Shown here in pieces: positions 52,043 to 64,000 of a DNA stretch of 64,000 nucleotides (positions are counted from its first letter, which is position 1; every line of letters starts with the position of its first letter). The notes below the pieces were generated by a model that saw only the letters and a list, made by a program, of their open reading frames with translations, was not told the DNA's origin and made no database searches. The DNA is from Eledone cirrhosa. Its lineage: Eukaryota. The stretch covers positions 35,588,001-35,652,000 of the forward strand of contig OZ024755.1 of NCBI GenBank assembly GCA_964016885.1. The letters are read 5' to 3'. A program made the position numbers and the translations under genes.

Positions 52043-52648
52043 CTTATGACATACCCACCTCACCTTATGACACACCCACCCCTCCTTATGACACACCCAC
52101 CTCACCTTATGACAAACCTACCTCTCCTTATGACACACCCACCTCACCTTATGACAAACCTACCTCTCCTTATGACACACCCACCTCACCTTATGACAAA
52201 CCTACCTCTCCTTATGACACACCCACCTCACCTTATGACAAACCTACCTCTCCTTATGACACACCCACCTCACCTTATGACAAACCTACCTCTCCTTATG
52301 ACACACCCACCTCACCTTATGACAAACCTACCTCTCCTTATGACACACACACCTTATGACATACCCACCCCTCCTTATGACATACCCACCCCTCCTTATG
52401 ACAAACCCACCTCGCCTTATGACATACCCGGCCTCCCTTAAGACACACCCACCTCACCTTATGACATACCCACCCACCTCTCCTTATGACATACCCACCC
52501 CTCCTTATGACACACCTACCTCTCCTTATGACATACCCACCCTCCCTTACGACACACCCACCTCACCTTATGACAGACCCACCCACCTCTCCTTATGACA
52601 TACCCACCCACCTCTCCTTATGGCATACCTACCTTTACTTATGACACA
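52043..52648. repeat. 21-bp minisatellite with 42-bp higher-order alternation
   Basis: CTTATGACACACCCACCTCAC alternating with CTTATGACAAACCTACCTCTC. Confidence 0.92.
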
Positions 52649-53039
52649 CACACCCACCTTTTAATATTTGACCAGTGAGAAAGCTGAGCTCAACTGGAAG
52701 TGTGTAAAGGAGATGAGATATCCAGTGGCCTTTACAAGGAACTGTAGTTATGGGGTGATATCAAGTGTGAAGTAATTAATATGGCGGCCATCTTTAAACT
52801 TTTATTTTATTATTTCCTATTTTAGCTCAATTGCTAAAATTAATTGATTTTAATTTTTTTAATCAATTGAATAATATATTTATTAGTTTCTGATCTTATT
52901 TGTTTAGCTCCAGATCTCTTCATTGCTTCAATAAAGATAGACTAAAATCTGTACTGTTTGTTTACGAAGGGTGTATTTATATGCACTTAGAGGTACAGAT
53001 GGCCTTCCTTTTAATGTAGCTGCTCTCTCTCTCTCACTA

Positions 53040-53087
53040 TCTCTCTCTCTCAGGCAAACACACACACACACACACTCTCTCAGGCAA

Positions 53088-53123
<36 letters not shown>

Positions 53124-53840
53124 CTCTCTCTCTCAGGCAAACACACACACCCTCACCCTCTCTCAGGCAAACACACACACCCTCTCCCTCTCTCAGGCAA
53201 ACACACACACACACCCTCTCCCTCTCTCAGGCAAACACACACACACCATCTCCCTCTCAGGCAAACACACACACACCATCTCCCTCTCAGGCAAACACAC
53301 ACACACACACACCCTCTCCCTCTCAGGCAAACACACACACACTCTCTCTCTCAGGCAAACACACACACACACTCTCTCTCTCAGGCAAACACACACACCC
53401 TCTCCCTCTCAGGCAAACACACACACACACACCCTCTCCCTCTCAGGCAAACACACACACACACACACTCCCTCTCAGGCAAACACACACACACACACAC
53501 CCTCTCCCTCTCAGGCAAACACACACACACCCTCTCTCTCTCAGGCAAACACACACACACCCTCTCTCTCTCAGGCAAACACACATACACACACACACAC
53601 ACACACCCTCTCCCTCTCTCAGGCAAACACACACACACACCCTCTCTCTCTCTCAGGCAAGCACACACACACCCTCTCTCAGGCAAACACACACACACAC
53701 ACACACCCACCCTCTCCCTCTCTCAGGCAAACACACACACACCCTCTCTCTCAGGCAAGCACACACACACCCTCTCTCAGGCAAACACACACACACACAC
53801 CCTCTCTCAGGCAAACACACACACACACTCTCTCTCTCAG
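53040..53840. repeat. Compound (CT)n-CAGGCAAA-(CA)n repeat
   Basis: Direct inspection. Confidence 0.92.
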
Positions 53841-54945
53841 ACAGACAATAAACAGCAGGACATGTGTAGCCATAGAAACCTCAGCAGGACATGTGTAGCC
53901 ATAGAAAGCCCAGTGTAAAGTTCATGTAGCTGAATAACACCAGAAAGATGTGGGTTAAGTTGAGTGTAGAATGGTTGGCTGGTACACGATTACAATTACA
54001 GAATGAAGCTGCATTGAAGAGTCATCAAAGCAACTCCAGCCTAGAACAGCTAATGTTGATGATACTGATGATGATGGAGATGTCAATTGAGATTTAACAA
54101 AACCAACACTATATTATAAGCTATAAAATTGGAAAGGAATCATTCTTTAAAGGAATTATGAGGTTGTATATAGGAAGACATGTAATAGACTGTCAGCAGG
54201 AGGTTTTCAATGATCCTTATGTAATCTGGAATATGTTTAACAGGGTATTCCATATAGATAGGAACACATCGTAAGGTTTTATACATTGTATGTTGGTGTA
54301 CAGGATGTTTACTAGCTGTTAGGGAGATATAGAGGGAGGAGAGAGAGGAGAGGGAGAAGATACAGAGAGAAGAGGAAAGAGAGAGAGAAGGGAAGAGAGA
54401 GAAGGGGGGAGAAGGGAGAAGAGAGATAAGGGAAGGGAAAGAGAAGGGGAGAGAGAAGGGAAGAGAGAGAGAGAAGGGGGATAAGGGAGAAAAGAGATAA
54501 GGGAAAAGAGGGAGAAGAGAGAGACGGGGAAAAAGATAAAGAAGGGGAAAGAGAGAGAGAAGGGAAGGGAAAGAGAAGGGGAGAGAGAAGGGAAGAGGGG
54601 GAGAGAGAAGGGAAGAGAGAGAGAGAAAGAAGAGAATGGAAGGCTAAGAAAAGATATATATATATATATATATATATATATCCATGTAATGTTGATGGAT
54701 GAGGGAATGAATACTCAATGACTGGGCCTTTACTTTATGACAACACACAAACACAAGATGGTGCAGGACAGAACAAAGGAGAGACACAAAATAAAACACC
54801 CAGTCAGTGAGGAGGTCATAGAATGTGTGATGAAATAACTTTGACAATATATAAACAACCATCCAGTTATCGAACCAGCCAACTGGAAATTTATAATAAA
54901 TTGAAGTGAAAACCAACAGGTGCATGTGTTTTTATTGGCAGCATG

Positions 54946-55122
54946 ACCCTCCCAAAGTATAACTGAGTTTTTGAGTATAAGGTATTTGGAGGCCATGGGT
55001 TTAGCATAATGTGAGTGGAGAATTTGGGCCATCTCATTTATAGTGTTTAATCAGAGTTCCGTGTCTAATACTGGTAGTCTATTGTTAGGGTGTTTGGAAG
55101 GGTAGTCAACAGTTAGTGTTAC
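54946..55122 (-). pseudogene. Penelope-like element reverse transcriptase fragment
   Basis: Joining the in-frame ORFs across one TGA gives LTVDYPSKHPNNRLPVLDTEL*LNTINEMAQILHSHYAKPMASKYLILKNS, resembling the PLE RT LP.LD…Y.KP region. Confidence 0.65.
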
Positions 55123-56359
55123 TAGCAGAAAAACCCCCCTTCGGGCATGTGTAGTGTGTATATTGATATTATACACAAGTATATATACCGGTAGATATGA
55201 TACATCAAATAAAATCGCCACCGGAAGTGTTGACACCACACACTCTCTCTTTCTATATATATGGTAGTTGAAGTGGTGGTGGTGGCGACGATATACCGGA
55301 AGTGCAACTTTGAAAAAAAGTCAATTTTAAATTATTTATTTTTACGAAATTATTTTTGTTTACGAAATTTAGTAGATAAATTATGTAATATTCATTCATT
55401 ATTTATTCAAAGTAATGAATGAATAATACATAATTTAGTTTAAATTGAGTTCAAATTCCGCCGAGGTTAACTTTGACTTTCATCCTTACGGGGTCGATAA
55501 AATAAAGTACCAGTAATGTACTAGGTAATTGCTGGCCTTGTGCCAGAAATAGAAACAATTATTTATTCAAAGTAATCCAACTTATTTTACTAACGAGATA
55601 AAAAATTATAGTCTACCAAATTATCTTGCTGAAAGCAATGACTAACATCACTAATAAAACTAACCATTCTATTAAATTACTAGCTATGACAGCCACGTGA
55701 TGAAATCTTATATCTCAAGTCATTCAACACTATCAGCTATCTAACTGAAAAAACATACTGATACGACCATATTAGAAAAATGAAACAAAACCATTTAAAG
55801 CGGCCATACTAGGAAACCTTCTTTCTATGCAAATCATTCATTCTATCAAAATAGAATGTGTCATATCAAATCTTATTACATTTTAAACAATATATTTTAC
55901 AAGCTGTTCAAAAATGTCTAGTTAACCACTGAGTACCATCTTATGAAGCTATAATGAAAGGGGAAAAACCAAAACATACAGTATTACAATTTAATTCATT
56001 TTTCTTAATACCAAGGATTTGCAATTCTATACACTTCAAATGTATCTATTTCTTCATTTTGTTTGTCTCTTCGTTAAGTAAAAATAATTAATGGAGATTA
56101 TGATTTCAGATAGGAGAAAAGTCTTCAAACAAAGATAGCATGATAGAATACGTTGGAATGTTCTTTTTAATATGGAATTAATGCCTTTGGTGGAATTGTC
56201 AGATCAAACTATTTGAAATTATGCCCTGCAGTCCTTCTCTCCTGTGTTTTTGCCAATTTAATTCAATATATATTTCCAGTAGTCAGACATTTCTTGTTTT
56301 CAAACTTCATTACATTTCATAATGAACCGATTCAGGAAAGTACTAGCTATAATAATAAT

Positions 56360-56752
56360 AATTGTTTCTACTTTAGGCACAAGGCCAGCAATTACCCAGT
56401 ACATTACTGGTACTTTATTTTATCGACCCCGTAAGGATGAAAGGCAAAGTCAACCTCGGCGGGATTTGAACTCAGACTGTAAAGGGACATAACTATGCTA
56501 GAAAGCATGGCGTCCAACCCTCGACCGATACTGCCAATTCACAATAATAATAATAATAGTTTCTACTTTAGGCAAAAGGCCGGCAATTTGAAGGGAAGGG
56601 GAAAGTCGATTAAAACGACCCAGTGTATTACTGGTGCTTTAATTTATTGGCCCCTTAAGGATGAAAGGTAAAGCTAAGCTCGGCGGGATTTGAACTCAGA
56701 ATGTAAAGGGTCGTTACTTCATGCTGCAGAGCATGGTGTCAACACTCTACTG
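56360..56752 (-). mobile_element. Two tandem family-B SINEs
   Basis: Nin/Deu blocks and (AAT)n tails. Confidence 0.85.
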
Positions 56753-56767
56753 ATATATTAATAATAA

Positions 56768-57001
56768 TGTTGATGATGATGATGTTGATGGTGGTGGTGG
56801 TGATGATGATGATGATGATGATGAGGGTGGTGGTGATGATGGTGGTGGTGAGGGTGGTGATGATGATGATGGTGGTGGTGGTGGTGAGGGTGGTGGTGAT
56901 GATAGTGACGATGGTGGTGAGGGTGGTGGTGATGATGATGGTGGTGATGATGGTGGTGGTGGTGGTGGTGGTGATGATGAAGATGGTGGTGGTGAGGGTG
57001 G

Positions 57002-57033
<32 letters not shown>

Positions 57034-57205
57034 ATGATGGTGGTGGTGGTGGTGGTGATGATGATAGTGACGATGGTGGTGAGGGTGGTGGTGATGAAGA
57101 TGGTGGTGGTGAGGCTGGTGGTGGTGGTGAGGGTGGTGATCAGGGTGGTGATGATGATGAAGATGGTGGTGGTGAGGGTGGTGATGATAATGAAGATGGT
57201 GGTGA

Positions 57206-57237
<32 letters not shown>

Positions 57238-57286
57238 ATGATAATGAAGATGGTGGTGGTGAGCGTGGTGATGGTGGTAATGGTGG
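56768..57286. repeat. (GGT/GAT)n trinucleotide tract
   Basis: Direct inspection. Confidence 0.95.
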
Positions 57287-57427
57287 TTACTTTTATTTGC
57301 CACATGGGCATCAGATGGAGGAAACAATAAAAAGACAAGTCCCAGCACTAAGATGGAGGTTTACATAGAAATTAGTAAAAAGGGGTAAGATGTATACATA
57401 GTATACAACTGTATAGGGTATTCAGTG

Positions 57428-57690
57428 GAGGTGTGTGGCCTAGTGGTAAGGGTGTTGGACTTATGACCATAATGTCATGGATTCAATTCCTGGGCTGGGT
57501 TGTGTGGTATTCTTGAGCAAGACACTTCATGTCACATTGCTCCAGTATACTCAGCTGAAAATGAGTACCAGCAATAGCTGGGAGTTTAACCTTGCAATGG
57601 ACTGGTGTCCTGTCCAGGGGGACATCTTGTACTCTTAGTCACTTCATGCCATGAAACTGGGACAAGCTCTGGCATAACAAGCCTTCTGGT
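57428..57690 (+). mobile_element. CORE-type tRNA SINE
   Basis: TGGCCTAGTGG A-box, GATTCAATTCC B-box, TCTTGAGCAAGACACTT block. Confidence 0.75.
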
Positions 57691-57727
57691 TTGAGATAGA
57701 TTTTTTTTTAGATTTTAGATATTCAGT

Positions 57728-57912
57728 CCTCCTGTTATAGAGAGTTAAATACCTCAAGCTGGGTATATATAATATACCTCCTGTTATAGACTTAAATACC
57801 TCAAGTTGGGTATATATAATATACCTCCTGTTATAGAGAGTTAAATACCTCAAGCTGGGTATATATAATATACGTCCTGTTATAGAGAGTTAAATACCTA
57901 AAGCTGGGTATA
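57728..57912. repeat. 49-bp tandem repeat (~3.8 copies)
   Basis: CCTCCTGTTATAGAGAGTTAAATACCTCAAGCTGGGTATATATAATATA; diverged monomer at ~58360-58400. Confidence 0.85.
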
Positions 57913-57918
57913 ATTAAT

Positions 57919-58250
57919 ATCATCATCATCATCATCAGGTCGAGCTTGCTCGGCCTTCTACGACATGTTTCCTCCATCCATCTCTGTCTCTCATAGCGTT
58001 TGCCAGTTCTTCCGCAGTGCATCCAGTATCGTCCTCAAGTTGCTTGGCGTATGTCTTCTTGGGACAACCAGCGTTTCTTGCTCCATGAGATGGACTCCAT
58101 AACAATACATCACCTGCTATTTCTTCCTTGCTGCGCCAACAGTGGCCAGCAAATCTGAGTCCCTGTTTACGTATTGACTTGCTGATATTGCCATAGAGAT
58201 CCTTATTTGTTGGGTGCTCCCTTTGACGTTAGTGTCCAAGTGATAGAGCC
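57919..58250 (-). mobile_element. RTE-type LINE 3' fragment
   Basis: Minus strand gives FAGHCWR, DVLLWSPSHG and PKKTYAKQLEDDTG pieces; (TGA)n tail. Confidence 0.75.
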
Positions 58251-58439
58251 ATAAACAAGCACAGATTCCACAGCAGCTCTGAAGAAATGCCTTTTCAGTT
58301 TGGCCGGCAGGTTTGATTTTCATATTTTTTCCATTGCATTCAATGCTCCCCAGGTTTTTCCTGTTATAGAGAGTCAAATACTTACAGCTGGGTTTATATA
58401 AAGTATTCAGATTCCTCATCAGAGACAATAACCGTGTAT

Positions 58440-58568
58440 TACTAGTGTATTACTGGTACTTTATTTTATCGACCCTGGTGGGATTTGAACTCAGAACATA
58501 AAAGGCCGTAACTCTATGCCACGAAGCAGGGTGTCTGACGCTCTACCAATACTGCCATTCCACCACTC

Positions 58569-58612
<44 letters not shown>

Positions 58613-59543
58613 GCTTTGCCTTTCATCCTTACAGGGTCGATAAAATATAGTACCAGTCACACACTGGGGTCTACTTAATTGACTTTCCTCTTCCCACAAA
58701 TTTCTGGCCTTGTGCCTGAATCAGAAACCATTATCATTTCCAACGACAGGGCGGAGGAGTGGCAGTATCAGTAGAACATGTGACACCATACTTTGCAGCA
58801 TAGAGTTACGGCCCATTACGTTCTGAGTTCAAATCTTGCTGTGGTTAACTTTACCTTTCAACGTTACGGGCTTGATAAATTATAGTACCAGTAATGCACT
58901 AGGGTCGATTTAATCGACTTTCCCCTCCCCCCAAATGACTGGCTTTGTGCCTGTACTGGAAATCATTATTATTATTATTAAGGGCGGTGAATTGACAGTA
59001 TCGGTAGAGGGTCAGACATGCTTTCCACCATAGTTACGTCCCTTTACAGACTGAGTTCAAATCCCGCCGAGGTTAACTTTGCCTTTCATCCTTACGGGGT
59101 CGATAAAATAAAGTACCAGTAATACACTGGGATATTTGCTGACCTTGTGCCAAAAGTAGAAACAATTATTATTATTAAAGGGCAGTGGATTGGCTTTGAT
59201 GCATAGAGTTACGGCCTTTGCCATTCTGAGTTCAAATCCCGCCAAGATTAACTTTACCTTTCATCCTTACGGGGTCAATAAAATAAAGTACCAGTAATAC
59301 ACTGGAGTAATTGCAAGCCTTGTGCCAAAAGTAGAAACAATTATTATGGTAAGGGGCGGTGGATTGGCAGTATCGGTAGAGGGTCGGACGCCATGCTTTG
59401 CAGCACAGTTACGTCCCTTTACGATCTGAGTTCAAATCCTGCCGAGGTTAACTTTGCCTTTCATCCTTACGGGGTCGATAAAATAAAGTACCAGTAACAC
59501 ACTGGGATAATTGCTGGCCTTGTGCCAAAAGTAGAAACAATTA
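58440..59543. mobile_element. Cluster of ~6 family-B SINEs, mostly head-to-tail
   Basis: Repeated GAGTTCAAATC..CTTTCATCCTTACGGGGTCGATAAAATAAAGTACCAG blocks separated by (ATT)n. Confidence 0.88.
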
Positions 59544-59944
59544 TTTAAGAAAGAAATCTTATGTTGAAATATGAGGATTAATAACAAAATCCGTTGCGGA
59601 AAAATGCTTTTATTGTTAATTATGTCTTTGTTAATTGCTTTCAACTTTTCTCTTTCATTTTTTATGACTCATAAATTAATTTAAAAAAAACAAAAAATAC
59701 ACACAGAAAACAAACAAGCAAACACAACACAACAAGATATTTCGCAATGACCCATGTTCAGAGAAACATAATCAATTCATTAATAGGTCATTCATAAGAG
59801 CTGTTTCGCCAGACAATAGCCTTATCATCATCACTACTACTAAGTTTTATTTGTTTATTGGTGTTGGTTATTGAACTTCGGTCATGCTGGAGCATAACAT
59901 TGATTTAGTCAATAAAATTGATTCCAGTATTCTATTTTTTTTAA

Positions 59945-60132
59945 CCCTTTAGCATTTACATTACTCTATATTTACTATTGTATTTTCATGGTAAAGACTT
60001 TATCTCACATAATAATCTCACATAATATCGAATCTACGAGATTTTGATACTATTTATTTTGAGAACAATACCTTAACATCAGTATTAACGGCTGGTTATA
60101 GCCAGGTTGAACAGAGAGAGGTGAGAGAATTA
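59945..60132 (-). mobile_element. piggyBac-type MITE copy, truncated
   Basis: TTAA-CCCTTTAGCATTTAC start; reverse complement of the 25576 family. Confidence 0.78.
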
Positions 60133-60134
60133 TG

Positions 60135-60385
60135 CTTGCTTCGTTTCTCTCCAGCCATTGCATATCCTCCGCAGTTGCTGCCGGAGTTTCACTACCATGC
60201 AGCATCGCGCATCTCACACAGGCATCATATAACTAGCCTTTCATTCTTAGGGAAAAAAACCTTTCTTTGTCAACAGAGGAAGCAGCTCCCTAAACTTCTA
60301 CCATCCTGTCCTTATTCTAGATACTATGGCCTTGGAGCATCCTCCTCCCTTACTAATCTGATCACCTAGGTATTGGAAGCTATCA
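60135..60385 (-). mobile_element. RTE RT fragment
   Basis: Reverse complement aligns with ~34870-35080. Confidence 0.75.
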
Positions 60386-61359
60386 AGTTCATGTTGCAAT
60401 GAAATAGTCTGACAGGTTATATCTTACATAAGGAGGATGGATTTTAGTGACTAGGGGTATGGGATCGACTGAGGATGGGATGGAAATGGGTACATGCTGT
60501 AACCCGCTTCACCTTCTGAAACTGAAAACAGAGAGAGGAAAACCCATCTTTTACTTATCCCTTATTTCCATCAATGTTGAAGGCACGAGAGCAAAGTGTT
60601 TTGATAAACACTTTGCTCTCGTGCCTTCAACCGAGACTATAAAACAATATTATAATGATAAAAAAACAGAAAAAGAAAAACAGAAAAGAAAATGAAAATG
60701 ATAATAAAAATAGGCAAACTATGAAGAGGGGAAAGAAATGAGCAGATTTCATTGAAAGATGTTGAAAGGCCTTCAAGGAAAGGATTATTAAAAATTAAGT
60801 ACTAGAAAGAAGGAGAATGTGGAGATGGAGGATTGCAAGTAATACAGAATTGTAATAGTAACTGAATATGAAAAAATTTCATAGAGAATAGAGACACAAG
60901 AGATGGGAACAAAGCTAAAGAAAACAAAAGAAGAGAAGCTGTAATGTCATTTCTTATATATGGAGCTTCTAATTTATAGATTCAAGGAAATTGTGCTACA
61001 AGCACGTGGTGCTAATGCACCTTTCTCAAGAATATTAGCACTGTAAAAAATTGTTCCAACTGGGAAAAACTAAAACTATGTTGCAAAATTAGTTTGCAGA
61101 GTAATATTTATTAATTTTAGTTATTCTTATTTTTAGTTTTTTATTGTTAGTAATTTAGCAAGTGACATTTGAATATATATTTCAGTAGGTAAAGAGGTTA
61201 GATCAATCAGTCAAGACATAGTGACCAGCTTGACGTGAACTGGAGATGAAAGAAAAGGAAGATGAGATTGTTTTAATCTAATTCAAGTGGGTGTTAGAAA
61301 GAAGGGCATTAGTGAATTATAACTACAATAAGTTGATAGATTTATTTATTCTGCAATAT

Positions 61360-61852
61360 AATTATGGTTACAGATTTAAGCAAAAGGCCAGCAATTTGGG
61401 GAAGGGAGAAGTTGATTAAATCAACTCCAGTGTGTGACTGGTACTTTATTTTATCGACCTCATAAGGATGAAAGACAAAGCTAACCTTGGCAGATTTGAA
61501 CCCAGAAATGGTTTCAGATTTAGGCACATGCCAGCAATTTTTGGGGGCAAAAGTTGATTAAATCAACCTCAATGCGTGACTGGTACTTAATTTCATCAAC
61601 CCTGTAAGGATGAAAGGCTAGTGGGATTTGAACTCAGTAATGGTTTCAGATTTAGACAAAAGGCCAGCAATTTTCGGAGAGAGGAAAATTGATTTAATCG
61701 ACCCCAGTGTGTGACTGGTACTTTATTTTATCGATACGTAAGGATGAAAGGCAAAGCTAACTGAGGCTGGATTTGAACTGAGAATGCAAAGGGCCATAGC
61801 TCTATGCCGTGAAGCATATTGCCCGATGCTCTACCGATTCTGCCAATCCACA
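61360..61852 (-). mobile_element. Tandem family-B-related SINE segments
   Basis: Three repeats of the Nin/Deu-plus-tail segment, with one head at the right. Confidence 0.78.
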
Positions 61853-62039
61853 GCCAAACCATCGTTGATTTTCATGATCACTACTTGTCAAATTAAGGTG
61901 TTAATATTCAGCTCTACTTATAAATCAACACAGACACGTGTACCTTTGACGTAATTCTCAGGGAGATTCAATGTGACACAAAGTGTGTGAGAAGGTTAGC
62001 CCACTACATTACAGGTACAGTCTATCTGAGAGGGTCATG

Positions 62040-62750
62040 GGGGCAGAGTCCTCAAACACTCCCTCCAGTGCGTCCTGTCAGAAGCAACCGTCTCCAACTG
62101 ATCTGGCTGGATCCCCAAGCAAGACCAGACAAGCTCATGGATGTTACCCAACCACCCTGCTCAGGGTCTACCCCTGCATCTCTTGCTGGTTGGTTTTGCC
62201 TGTAAAATCTGTCCCAGTGATTCTTTCCTGAGACATTCTAACCACATGCCCATAGTATCAGAGCCTTGATTTCTCAATTCAGAGAGGTAGCAGCTCTACC
62301 TGGAGTGACCCTCCAGTGATTCTTTCCTGAGACATGCTAACCACATGCCCATAGTATCATAGCTGTGATCTCTCAATTCAGAGAGGTAGCAGCTCTACCT
62401 GGAGTGACTCTCCAGTGATTCTTTCCTGAGACATTCTAACCACATACCTATAGTATTAGAGCTGTGATCTCTCAGTTCAGAGAGGTAGCAGCTCTACCTG
62501 GAGTGACTCTCCAGTGATTCTTTCCTGAGACATGCTAACCACATGCCCATAGTATCATAGCTGTGATCTCTCAATTCAGAGATGTAGCGGCTCTACTTGG
62601 TGTGACTCTCTGATGTCCAAGCTACACACTTTATCAAGTAATGTTACTCCAAAGACTCTTCGGAGACACCCTATTTCGGCTGCATGTATTCATGATCATT
62701 GTATACTTTCGGTCATTACTATAGGTAAGATTCATGACCATAGGTAAAGG
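62040..62750 (-). mobile_element. RTE fragment with 4 tandem copies of the 99-bp unit (62214-62610)
   Basis: Same unit and phase as 4691-5956; LINE sequence continues on both sides. Confidence 0.85.
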
Positions 62751-63324
62751 TTAACACAAAAACCGAATTGAAGCCATGTTTCTGAATGTCAAAATAGATA
62801 TCTTGTCTCCAACCAGTTTTGTACCACTTGAACAACAAGTATGCTGATACTAAGTAGACAATCTATTTATATTGCCTTTTTTCTACAACGAAGTTCTGCC
62901 AATTAGGAAATCACATTTAAAACTCTAATATGTGACTTACTACTAACACCTAAACTATTATTACTTTCTTTTTTATCCGCACACATTTCCAGTGGTTTAA
63001 TTTATGACTTGATCCACCAGAAATGACTTCAGCCTTGTGTTCCGTGTTACACAGGAATCGGTTTCATTCATTATTATATCTCCACTTTATTTTTTTTTGT
63101 TATTAAACTTGCTTCTGTAAGATACTTTTATTAGTTTGTTAAACCAATCTGTCATCAAACATGCAATCTGTTCTAACCTTCAAGATTAAATTTCTAAGGA
63201 TGGTTAGTTATTTTCTTAGCAATCCCTGTTTCTGTCATCTTTTTTGCATTGATTTTACTTTTACCTAAACAGCTGACTATCAAAATTATGTATATAATCA
63301 AAAGGATGATGATAATAGTTCTCC

Positions 63325-64000
63325 GGCTTGAGAGATCACAGCTCTGATACTATGGCCATGTGGTTAGGATGTCTCAGGAAAGAATCACTGGAGAGTCACT
63401 CCAGGTAGAGCTGCTACCTCTCTGAATTGAGAAATCAAAGCTCTGATACTATGGGCATGTGGTTAGAATGTCTCAGGAAAGAATCACTGGAGAGTCACTC
63501 CAGGTAGAGCTGCTACTTCTCTGAATTGAGAAATCAAAGCTCTGATATTATGGGCAGGTGGTTAGAATGTCTCAGGAAAGAATTGCTGGAGAGTCACTCC
63601 AGGTAGAGCTGCTACTTCTCCCAACTGAGAGATCACAGCTCTGATATTATAGGCATGTGGTTAGAATGTCTTAGGAAAGAATCACTGGAGAGTCACTCCA
63701 GGTAGAGCTGCTACCTCTCTGAATTGAGAAATCAAAGCTCTGATACTATGGGCATGTGGTTAGAATGTCTCAGGAAAGAATCACTGGAGAGTCACTCCAG
63801 GTAGAGCTGCTACCTCTCTGAATTGAGAAATCAAAGCTCTGATACTACGGGCATGTGGTTAGAATGTCTCAGGAAAGAATTGCTGGAGAGTCACTCCAGG
63901 TAGAGCTGCTACTTCTCCCAACTGAGAGATCACAGCTCTGATACTATGGACAGGTGGTTAGAATGTCTCAGAAAAGAATCACTGGAGAGTCCCTCCAGGT
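63325..64000 (+). repeat. 99-bp RTE-derived array in opposite orientation (>=6.5 copies, runs off the window)
   Basis: Reverse complement of the 62214 units. Confidence 0.9.

Noticed and set aside
56739-57348. Poly-His/Thr/Val ORFs
   Set aside because: Trinucleotide repeat translations; the same applies to 10065-10587 and 46891-47854.
58355-58430. Minus-strand CTGATGA followed by a hairpin
   Set aside because: GAAA is not adjacent to the stem and there is no stem I/III pairing; CTGANGA hits near 7693, 22009, 42206 and 42608 were rejected for the same reason.

Overview
Repeat-dense, AT-rich eukaryotic DNA. The SINE complement (tRNA-head CORE-type SINEs with RTE tails, Nin/Deu-domain SINEs) and (TA)n/(CA)n/(TGA)n microsatellites suggest a cephalopod, probably an octopod (inference). 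I found no convincing host protein-coding exon. Almost all listed ORFs are simple-repeat artefacts or transposon fragments: several RTE LINE pieces, Ingi/Vingi-, CRE- and Hero-like C-termini, a Penelope-like RT fragment, a full-length 1412-bp Tc1 (DD34E) element with two nonsense codons, a mariner 5' end, and pogo- and piggyBac-type MITEs. The most interesting signal is not in the ORF track. At least six sequence-unrelated short elements sit in or beside (TA)n tracts and carry minimal type I hammerhead ribozyme motifs: three with intact cores (3773-3815, 26342-26388 and 34154-34211, all minus strand), one with a greatly enlarged domain II (12008-12117) and several degenerate. They are arranged as partial tandem and/or tail-out inverted repeats, and most share a 3' architecture of ACTC..GAGY stem, terminal hairpin, then (TA)n. 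This looks like a diverse set of non-coding Penelope-dependent, retrozyme-like elements. A second theme is repeated birth of minisatellites from the same short segments of LINEs and SINEs (99-, 73-, 49-, 94- and 28-bp units). All folds and alignments were done by eye and need computational confirmation.
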